From: an uncultured Dehalococcoidia bacterium
Lineage (GTDB): Bacteria > Chloroflexota > Dehalococcoidia > Lucifugimonadales > UBA3495
NCBI GenBank assembly: GCA_950072105.1
Contig: CATMOE010000062.1
Span: 1 to 19,616 of the forward strand
DNA: 19,616 bases
Reading direction: 5' to 3'
Both the position numbers and the translations under genes were made by a program. The stretch's first letter is position 1, and each line of letters starts with the position of its first letter. Positions 7,880 to 15,067 of this stretch are shown one piece after another. The notes under the pieces were generated by a model. It was not told the origin of the DNA. It saw only the letters and a program-made list of their open reading frames with translations, and made no database searches.

Positions 7880-9109
7880 TTAATTATCCCTCACTCCAAT
7901 CCAGGTGGCTTCCTGTTCGATTATGCCAGTTTCGATGGCTTTTTGCACGATGTCGACCATATCATTTACGTCGTTGACGTGGACCTCGCGGCCTCCCAAT
8001 CCGGCGATGAAGTTCAGCATCAGAGGCCGCTTCTCCATCGGGTATAGGGCCGAGCGCAGTTCGGTGAACAACACCCCGCCGTAGGATGGAGCGCCGTAGG
8101 AATAGTCGCGGTCGACTACACAGACGGCTTTGCACTTGGTCAGAATCTCCTGAAGCTCCTCGGTGGGGAAAGGCCGGAAGAACTTCACTCTAACGAAGCC
8201 AATCTTCCTGCCTGCCTCTTGGAACCGCCTAACGGCAACCCGGACGGGCAACGCCAGAGTGCCCATACCGACGATGATTATATCAGCGTCTTCGGTCATG
8301 TATTCTTCGACGAAGGGACTAGGGTCTCCCCGTCCGAATATCTCTTTAAACTCTTCATAGGCTTTTTTGATGACCCCAACGGACCGGTGCATGGCTTCGT
8401 CCGATTGACGGCGCATCTCCATGAGCCAGTCTTCGTTCACCTGGGGCGCGATCGTTATCGGGTTGTCCGGGTGAAGCTGAAGCTTTCCCCGATCATATGG
8501 CGGCAGAAACTTGTTGACCTGTTCGCTGGTGGGTACGTTAACGATGGCCTGGGAGTGGGTTAGGAACGAGCCGTCGCAACTGACGGCGAAGGGGAGGAAG
8601 ACGGTGGGGTCTTCCGCCACCCGCCAGGCCAGCAGCGCGATGTCCAAAGCTTCTTGGGCCGTGGCGACCCAATAGAGCATCCAGCCCAGGTCCCGCACGG
8701 CCAAAGCGTCGTTGTGCTCAACTCCGAATGCGCCCGGGTCGTCCAACGCCCGGTTGCCTACCATGGCGACCACGGGCAACCGGAGACCGGCGGTAACCGT
8801 GATTGCTTCGAAGGCGTAGAACCAGCCCACGCCGCTGGAGCCGGTGAATGTCCGGGCTCCCACGGAGGAGGCATGCTTGACAATCTCAAACTGAGAGTGC
8901 TCGCTTTCGGCTACGATGAAGTCGCAGTCGAAACTGCCGTCAGCCTTGAGCTTGGAAACGTACTGCATAACGGTGTCGTAGGGACGGATAGGATACGCGG
9001 TAATGACGTCCACATCGGCCAAAGCGCAGGCCAGTGCGATGGCCTCACTGCCGCTGATCAGCTCTTCCTTCTCTGTCTGGAACAGCTCGTTCGTCGCTGT
9101 AGTAGTCAT
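7880..9109 (-). CDS. oorA: 2-oxoacid:ferredoxin oxidoreductase alpha subunit, oxalate oxidoreductase-like
   Basis: YPIRP motif (about 8981-8995) instead of PFOR YPITP; ESEH, TGSSGVG, NRALDDPGAFG, FRPFP, GLGGR. Confidence 0.85.
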   Translation of the reverse strand: MTTTATNELFQTEKEELISGSEAIALACALADVDVITAYPIRPYDTVMQYVSKLKADGSFDCDFIVAESEHSQFEIVKHASSVGARTFTGSSGVGWFYAFEAITVTAGLRLPVVAMVGNRALDDPGAFGVEHNDALAVRDLGWMLYWVATAQEALDIALLAWRVAEDPTVFLPFAVSCDGSFLTHSQAIVNVPTSEQVNKFLPPYDRGKLQLHPDNPITIAPQVNEDWLMEMRRQSDEAMHRSVGVIKKAYEEFKEIFGRGDPSPFVEEYMTEDADIIIVGMGTLALPVRVAVRRFQEAGRKIGFVRVKFFRPFPTEELQEILTKCKAVCVVDRDYSYGAPSYGGVLFTELRSALYPMEKRPLMLNFIAGLGGREVHVNDVNDMVDIVQKAIETGIIEQEATWIGVRDN

Positions 9110-10260
9110 TACGCATCCTCCGACGCGGCGATTTCTTCGGTGTAACCACCGACATGGTGGAAGCCGTGGGTGCGGGTTTCCGCTTTCTGCTTATCCACCA
9201 GGGCGGTCATCCACTGTTGGTAAGAGGGTTTGTCTTCCTGCCAGGCTTCCCACTGGCTGCTGTTGTCGTTGAAATCGGCTTCGCTGACCATGGTCACGCA
9301 GTCGGGCACCGGGCACACGGCTTCGCATACGCCGCAGCCGCAGCAAGACTCCATGTTGGCGTCGTACAGCCCGTCGGGCGTGATGTCGAAACAGGTGTCG
9401 GGACACTGCAGCCAGCAAAGTGTGCATTTGATGCAGGTCTCAAAGTTAATCACCGGGCGCATGGACCGGGTGCTATATTTCTTGAACACTTCGTTCCGGT
9501 CCGGTTGGAAGCCCTCGTCGCCGCCACGGAAGCCGCCGCCCTTGCCTTGGGCCCGGATGACCAATCCTTCCTCCATGGTTTGCCAGCCAAGGAGTTCGAA
9601 TTTGTAGGGTACCTCGGAATTTCCCTCTCCCGGCTCGACCGTCCGGATCGTGGCGACATCGTAGGCTTTTTGCGCCGAGGCCAACTTGGTTTCGCCATTC
9701 CCCTGCTCGTCCAAAGCTTGGAGCATGGAATCTATGCTGAAAAGCTGAGGGCAAACATTGCAGAGCGTGCCTAGGATCCGGGCGTCGGTGTGGTCGTCTT
9801 TGTACACCCACAGGCCGGAGAAGCTTACCGTGCTCTTGATAATGGACAGGTCGAAGGGAGTGTCCTTCTGGTGGATGTCCTCGACCAAAGAGTCGGCATC
9901 CTGGCGGGAGGTCACGATCAACGTCCCGTTAGGCTTGGTTAGCTGATTGATGGGTTGTAGACCGTACCAGGCCCAGGACTCGATCCCTTTGCACATGGTG
10001 TCGTCTACGTTGATGGTTACGTCAACCTCGGTAGGTTCGTAACGTGCTAGAACTTCCTCCAGTTCTTCTGCGTCGTCGGCTACCACGGCGAACTGTTTGG
10101 CCGGGATACCATTGCGCTCCGGGGAGTCGCCGTACCGGCCAAAGGCGGTGCCGATCTTGCCCTCCTTACGCGCGGCGAACACTATGGACCGTACGATGTT
10201 CCGGGCCAGGGTTCTTTGGAATATACCGCGGTATACAACCTCCACGGCAACTGTGCTCAT
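9109..10260 (-). CDS. oorD: 2-oxoacid:ferredoxin oxidoreductase gamma-delta fusion subunit with 2x[4Fe-4S] ferredoxin domain
   Basis: N-terminal gamma-like domain (YGDSPERNGIP) and C-terminal CIKCTLCWLQCP / CCGCGVCEAVCP. Stop overlaps the alpha start (TAATG). GGAGGA RBS. Confidence 0.85.
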   Translation of the reverse strand: MSTVAVEVVYRGIFQRTLARNIVRSIVFAARKEGKIGTAFGRYGDSPERNGIPAKQFAVVADDAEELEEVLARYEPTEVDVTINVDDTMCKGIESWAWYGLQPINQLTKPNGTLIVTSRQDADSLVEDIHQKDTPFDLSIIKSTVSFSGLWVYKDDHTDARILGTLCNVCPQLFSIDSMLQALDEQGNGETKLASAQKAYDVATIRTVEPGEGNSEVPYKFELLGWQTMEEGLVIRAQGKGGGFRGGDEGFQPDRNEVFKKYSTRSMRPVINFETCIKCTLCWLQCPDTCFDITPDGLYDANMESCCGCGVCEAVCPVPDCVTMVSEADFNDNSSQWEAWQEDKPSYQQWMTALVDKQKAETRTHGFHHVGGYTEEIAASEDA

Positions 10261-10304
10261 GGCTATTCCTCCAAAAGATTCTGTTTAGTTAACTTTGACT
10301 ATTG

Positions 10305-10335
10305 GGCTGTCAGCTATCGGCTTTCAGCGGTCAGC
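10305..10335. repeat. Heptamer tandem array (AGCNNTC)n, copy 3, spanning the regulator stop codon
   Basis: GGCTGTC AGCTATC GGCTTTC AGCGGTC AGC; the minus strand encodes the last residues LTAESR* of the regulator. Confidence 0.7.
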
Positions 10336-11120
10336 AGCTTCTCCCGAACCAGATTTCCGTTCAGGGATTGAGAATCGTTGCCAGTCCCAAAATCCTGATG
10401 GCTGAAAGGTGACTGCTGATAGCTCGATACGTTTTCCGGTTCCACGGTGGTCAGGTGGTATTCCATCGCCCGGCGGGCCCCCTCAGCGTCCCCGTTGTGA
10501 ATCTTGCTGAGGATCTCCCGGTGGGAATCTAACGAGCGCTGGGGACGTCCCGGCTCCTGAAGCGATTGGTCACGTGACCGCCGGAGAATGTCCTCCACCG
10601 CACTGACTACCTTAACTAGCGCCGAGTTGTGTGTGGCCGAGGCCATAGCGAAGTGAAACGATGTGTCAGCGTCGACTCCGGTGCCTCCCCCGGCGATTTG
10701 CCGGACCTGCTCCTCCAAGATACTCTCAAGCTCGGCTACTTCTTGCTCATTGGCCCGCTGGGCCGCCAATGCTGCGATCTGTGGCTCAAGCATGTGCCGC
10801 ATCTCGAATATGTGTTTCAGATTGTCTACCCCGGTGTCGGCCCCCGATGTAAGGGTTGAAGCGATCAGCGCCACCATAGATTCCAGGTTATCCGTATTGA
10901 TAAACGTCCCGGAGCCACGTTTGCTGATCACCAGGCCTTGTAGCTCCAGGGAGCGGATAGCTTCCCGGACTGAACTGCGGCTCACTTGAAGCTGTTCGGC
11001 CAACACCCGTTCGGATGGCAGGCGCTCGCCGGGCTTCAATACGCCTTGACGTATCAGGGAGCTGAAGTGCTGCACGATGTCCTCGTATAACCGGCGGCCT
11101 TTAATCGCGTGATCCGTCAT
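10314..11120 (-). CDS. FadR/GntR family transcriptional regulator (PdhR/LldR/GlcC-like)
   Basis: LKPGERLPSERVLAEQLQVSRSSVREAIRSL wHTH; FCD domain with D..FH, HN..L, H.EI and HL motifs. Confidence 0.93.
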   Translation of the reverse strand: MTDHAIKGRRLYEDIVQHFSSLIRQGVLKPGERLPSERVLAEQLQVSRSSVREAIRSLELQGLVISKRGSGTFINTDNLESMVALIASTLTSGADTGVDNLKHIFEMRHMLEPQIAALAAQRANEQEVAELESILEEQVRQIAGGGTGVDADTSFHFAMASATHNSALVKVVSAVEDILRRSRDQSLQEPGRPQRSLDSHREILSKIHNGDAEGARRAMEYHLTTVEPENVSSYQQSPFSHQDFGTGNDSQSLNGNLVREKLLTAESR

Positions 11121-11132
11121 ATACTCCTGGGA

Positions 11133-11149
11133 AAGTGGTCAGACCAATT
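11133..11149. promoter_or_regulatory. FadR-subfamily operator (autoregulatory)
   Basis: AAGTGGTCAGACCAATT, one mismatch from the PdhR/LldR consensus AATTGGT-N3-ACCAATT, lying between the promoter and the RBS. Confidence 0.8.
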
Positions 11150-11159
11150 CTACGCTGGG

Positions 11160-11187
11160 ATTATACACCACCAGGCGTAATTGTCAA
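11160..11187 (-). promoter_or_regulatory. sigma70 promoter of the regulator-oxidoreductase operon
   Basis: Minus strand TTGACA-N16-TATAAT, both hexamers perfect consensus. Confidence 0.8.
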
Positions 11188-11245
11188 GAATCGGGGAGAC
11201 TCTAAACGGCTGAGAATAAACAGAGCCGGATATTGATATGTTTCC

Positions 11246-11274
11246 TGGATAACCCTGAACAGGAATAGTATAAT
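11246..11274 (+). promoter_or_regulatory. Putative divergent sigma70 promoter for the flavoprotein gene
   Basis: TGGATA-N17-TATAAT, 27 nt upstream of ATG 11302. Confidence 0.55.
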
Positions 11275-11301
11275 CGGGCTGTTTTAACTCCCCATAAGGG
11301 G

Positions 11302-12540
11302 ATGTTTAGAGGGCTAGCCAACTTGGATGATGTAATCGTGGTGGGCGCCGGACCGGCGGGTAACAACACCGCCTTGGGGTTGGCAAGGGAAGGCTACTCT
11401 GTAACCGTCATCGATTCCCGGCAAGAGATAGGGGATAAGCTGTGCACCGGTCTTATCGGCCGGGAGTGCGCCAGCCGTTTCCCTATAGATCCCGCTCTGG
11501 TTTACCGGGAACCCCAGTCCGCCCGGTTGGTGGCCCCGGGCGCCGGCCCGCTCTTCTTTGAAACAGCCAGACCCCAGGCCTGCGTCGTCGACCGAGTTGC
11601 CTACGTGGCGTCTTTCGCCCAACGGGCCCGGGACGCCGGGGCATTGTATCTGCTTGGAGAACGGGTCCACCGGATAGTTTCCCAAAATCAGGGTGTCACC
11701 GTGATTACCGGCCAGGGAAGCCGCCAGGCCCGGGCCGTGGTTCTGGCCACCGGATTCGGCTCACCGCTGGTCCGCCAAGCCGGATTGGGCTCGGTTAGCG
11801 ATTACGTTACCGGCGTTCAAGCAGTGGTTTCCACCGATGGTGCGGATGAGGTGGAAGTGCATCTGGGGTCAGACGTAGCGCCGGGGTTCTTTTCCTATCT
11901 GGTCCCCACGCTGCCAGGTCGAGCCTTGGTGGGTCTATTGTCACGGAAAAAAGCCCAAACCCGGCTGACAAACTTCATCCAGAAACTCCGCCAAGCCGGC
12001 AAGATCAAAGAGGTGGTTAACGAGGCCGCCACTTGGGGGATTCCTCTAAGGCCCTTGAAACGCACTTATCTGGACCGGATGGTGGTAGTTGGGGACGCGG
12101 CAGGTCAGGTCAAGCCAACAACCGGAGGCGGCATCTATTATTCCTTGCTGGCCGGCGAGGCCGCCGCCCAGGTATTGTCTGAGGCGTTGGCCGACGATGA
12201 CCTTTCTTCGGGCAATCTCAGCCGGTATCAGTCCCGCTGGCGGGACCTGCTGGCCGCCGAGATAGAGGTAGGATATTCGGCGCGCCGGCTATACGAATTT
12301 CTAACTGACCAGCAGATCGGCGCGTTGGTGAAGCGGGCCGCCGCCAATGGCTTCAACAGCGAGCTGGTTGATGCTTCGGAAGGCACGTTTGACTGGCACG
12401 GAAAGATGATTGCCCAAATAATGGGCAATCCGGGATTGGGCGGTGCGTTGCGCTTGATAAACCCGCTTTTGGCCCGCCTGGCCCACCGCCCCGATATCGG
12501 AACTGCCCAATCCCAGACCACACCCGCCTATCACGACTGA
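11302..12540 (+). CDS. Geranylgeranyl reductase family FAD-dependent oxidoreductase
   Basis: DVIVVGAGPAG dinucleotide fold, KLCTG, APGFFSYLVP, VVGDAAGQVKPTTGGGIY. The start could be TTG at 11323. Confidence 0.88.
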   Translation: MFRGLANLDDVIVVGAGPAGNNTALGLAREGYSVTVIDSRQEIGDKLCTGLIGRECASRFPIDPALVYREPQSARLVAPGAGPLFFETARPQACVVDRVAYVASFAQRARDAGALYLLGERVHRIVSQNQGVTVITGQGSRQARAVVLATGFGSPLVRQAGLGSVSDYVTGVQAVVSTDGADEVEVHLGSDVAPGFFSYLVPTLPGRALVGLLSRKKAQTRLTNFIQKLRQAGKIKEVVNEAATWGIPLRPLKRTYLDRMVVVGDAAGQVKPTTGGGIYYSLLAGEAAAQVLSEALADDDLSSGNLSRYQSRWRDLLAAEIEVGYSARRLYEFLTDQQIGALVKRAAANGFNSELVDASEGTFDWHGKMIAQIMGNPGLGGALRLINPLLARLAHRPDIGTAQSQTTPAYHD

Positions 12541-12570
12541 CCATAGACGATCGTATCGAGCCGTCTTTGA

Positions 12571-12604
12571 GGAGTAGAGGCACGGCTAGCCGTGCCCCTA
12601 CTCC
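12571..12604. repeat. REP element (GTAG family)
   Basis: GGAGTAGAGGCACGGCTAGCCGTGCCCCTACTCC, a palindrome with one mismatch, downstream of the flavoprotein stop. Confidence 0.85.
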
Positions 12605-12716
12605 ATTTAGATTGTCATTCCCCCGCAATTGACAACCTGCCGTCAATTGATTGAAGATGTGAACGAACGCTGAACAATAACCTACATTAACAATGCATGT
12701 GTCTCGATGAGTTGAT

Positions 12717-14063
12717 ATGACTCTATCTACGGTTAGACGGCGAGTATTCGTGGTTGTTTTCGTAACGATGGCCCTGATGGGATTGTTGGGGCCATTGGTG
12801 GCGCGGGCTCAAGCTCCCCACGTTCTGATTCTGGATGTCAGCGGAATCATCAACCCGGTCAAAGTTGGATACATCTCCCGGGCGATCGAACGAGCGGTGC
12901 AAGACCGTAGCACCATGGTGGTTATCGAGTTGGATACGCCGGGCGGTTTGCTTTCATCCACCCGGGAGATAGTGCAATTGCTTCTGGAATCTCCGGTGCC
13001 GGTGGCGGTTTACGTTTCCCCACAAGGCGCCGGGGCCGGCTCCGCTGGCACGTTTATCACCGCTGCCGCTAACTTTGCCGTCATGGCGCCCGGGACCAAC
13101 ATCGGGGCGGCCACGCCGGTCTCCTCTACCGGACGAGACTTGGAGGAAACCCTGGCCAGTAAGATCGAGAACGCCGCCGCCGCGCTGATCCGCAGCATCG
13201 CCCAAGAGCGGGGCCGCAATGAAGAGAAACTTGAGGAAACGGTAAGGGAAGCGGCTTCATTCAGCGCCAAAGAAGCGGTGGAGTTCAATATAGTGGACTT
13301 CGTCGTCGAAGACCTTAACGGGCTGCTGGCCCACGTGGATGGGTTGGAAGTGGAGACTTCCAGTGGATCTAGGATTCTCGACACGCGGGATGTTGAACCG
13401 AGGCGATTCGGCAAGAATCTGCTGGAGTTGTTCTTAGAGGTCATATCCGACCCCAACGTCTCTTTTATCCTGCTTACTCTGGGTAGTCTGGGCCTGGTCA
13501 TTGAGTTGTTTAACCCCGGCCTCATCGCCCCGGGGGTAGTCGGAGCTATCTGCCTGCTGCTAGCGTTTCTGGCGGCGGGTAATCTGCCAGTTAACTGGGC
13601 GGGGGTAGTGTTCGTTTTGCTGGCGGTGGTCTTGGTGATACTGGAAACCCAAGTGAGTGGGTTCGGCATCCTCGGCGTCGGTTCAATCATCAGTTTTGTT
13701 GTCGGCGGTCTGCTGCTGTTCAGCCAATTTGGCGATAGGTCTCCGACTTTGCCAGAGGTGTCGGTGAGCCTGTGGCTCATTGGCGGAATGGCTGCTACCT
13801 TGGCGCTTGCCGTGCTTTTTATCGTTAGGTCGATCTATTCCTCCCGAATGGCGACAATCGGATCGGCCGATGCGGTATTGCTGGGCTCAGCCGGTATTGT
13901 TGCCAGCGATTTGGCGCCTCGAGGCCTGGTGCGACTGGGAGACGAAACATGGACAGCGGTCAGCCAAGATGGTACCGTTATCCCACAAGGGGAACCAGTC
14001 AAAGTAATCAAGGTTGACGGCTTGATTCTGACAGTATCACCGTCAGATGATACGAATAGATGA
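12717..14063 (+). CDS. nfeD: Long-form NfeD: membrane-bound ClpP-class serine protease, TM bundle and C-terminal OB domain
   Basis: Signal peptide, LDTPGG, AGSAGTF (Ser), MAPGTNIGAATP, SKIEN (Lys), hydrophobic helices, LAPRGLV...ETWTA OB fold. Confidence 0.92.
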   Translation: MTLSTVRRRVFVVVFVTMALMGLLGPLVARAQAPHVLILDVSGIINPVKVGYISRAIERAVQDRSTMVVIELDTPGGLLSSTREIVQLLLESPVPVAVYVSPQGAGAGSAGTFITAAANFAVMAPGTNIGAATPVSSTGRDLEETLASKIENAAAALIRSIAQERGRNEEKLEETVREAASFSAKEAVEFNIVDFVVEDLNGLLAHVDGLEVETSSGSRILDTRDVEPRRFGKNLLELFLEVISDPNVSFILLTLGSLGLVIELFNPGLIAPGVVGAICLLLAFLAAGNLPVNWAGVVFVLLAVVLVILETQVSGFGILGVGSIISFVVGGLLLFSQFGDRSPTLPEVSVSLWLIGGMAATLALAVLFIVRSIYSSRMATIGSADAVLLGSAGIVASDLAPRGLVRLGDETWTAVSQDGTVIPQGEPVKVIKVDGLILTVSPSDDTNR

Positions 14064-14088
14064 AGGATTCCCTCATTAGGAGGTAATC

Positions 14089-14952
14089 ATGGCGACAGGC
14101 ATAGTTGTAGTTAAGCAGTACGAACGGTTGGTGATATTGAAGTGGGGGCGCCTACAAGTCGTTGCCCAACCTGGGTTCCGTTTCCTGATTCCTATCATGT
14201 ACACCGGGCGCTTGGTGGACACCAGGGAGCAGGTAGACCGAGTGCCCACTCAAAAATACATCACCAAGGACAACGTGGTGGTGGACATGGACTTCGTCCT
14301 CTATTTCAAAGTGGTGGAGGACGAAGCGGAAAAATCCGTTATGAATGTCGCCGACCACCGGGCCGCCGTGCGGGCATTGGCGGTGGCCGAACTGAGGTCA
14401 ATCATAGGAAACATTACCCTGGCTGAGGCCCTGGCCGAACGGGAACGGATACAGAACGAACTCCAGATCTCGCTGGACCAAAACACCGGACGCTGGGGCG
14501 TGAAAGTGCAGGGTGTGGCCGTAAATGAGATCGACCCTCCCCAGGGGGTGAAAGCGGCGATGGAACGGGAGAAATCCGCCGAGGCCATCAAGACTGCCGA
14601 CATCACCGAGTCGGAAGGGCAGCGCCAATCTCAGATCAACCGGGCCGAGGGCGAGAGGCAAGCGGCCATCCTGGAAGCCGAGGGCGATCGCCAAGCGGTG
14701 ATCCTTAGAGCGGAGGGGGAACAGCAAGCCCAGTTGCTGCGGGCCCAGGGTTTCAGTTCGGCATTGGATAATATCAACCAGGTAGCTAACTCCGTTGACG
14801 CTAAGACGATGAGCTTGCAATACTTTGAAACCCTAAAGGATTTGGGGAATAGTCCATCGACAAAGTGGATATTCCCCATGGAGTTCACGTCGATGCTGTC
14901 CGGCTTCCTGGGCATGGGCAACTCTAAGGACGGGAACGACGGAAACAGTTAG
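14089..14952 (+). CDS. SPFH/band 7 (stomatin/QmcA-like) protein
   Basis: YERLVILKWGR, ITKDNVVV, LRSIIG, WGVKV, repeated AEG coiled-coil. AGGAGGT RBS. Classic nfeD partner. Confidence 0.92.
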   Translation: MATGIVVVKQYERLVILKWGRLQVVAQPGFRFLIPIMYTGRLVDTREQVDRVPTQKYITKDNVVVDMDFVLYFKVVEDEAEKSVMNVADHRAAVRALAVAELRSIIGNITLAEALAERERIQNELQISLDQNTGRWGVKVQGVAVNEIDPPQGVKAAMEREKSAEAIKTADITESEGQRQSQINRAEGERQAAILEAEGDRQAVILRAEGEQQAQLLRAQGFSSALDNINQVANSVDAKTMSLQYFETLKDLGNSPSTKWIFPMEFTSMLSGFLGMGNSKDGNDGNS

Positions 14953-14999
14953 GCCAGTTTAGTATCCACAATGTCTTGTTAGGACGATCAAGACAAAAT

Positions 15000-15053
15000 G
15001 AGGGCCGCGCTTCACCCGAATAAGATAGGGTAGCGCGGCCCTCTTGCGTTTCG
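15000..15053. terminator. Hairpin between convergent SPFH and hpf genes, probably a bidirectional terminator
   Basis: GAGGGCCGCGCT...AGCGCGGCCCTC 12-bp stem plus inner ACCC/GGGT pairing; A-rich on the left and T-rich on the right. Confidence 0.7.
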
Positions 15054-15067
15054 GCGGTTGATTTGGC

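Noticed and set aside
6961..7977. Long antisense ORFs (338 aa here; also 13010-13780, 9154-9774, 5554-6111)
   Set aside because: Shadows of well-supported opposite-strand genes in GC-rich DNA, with no recognisable motifs.
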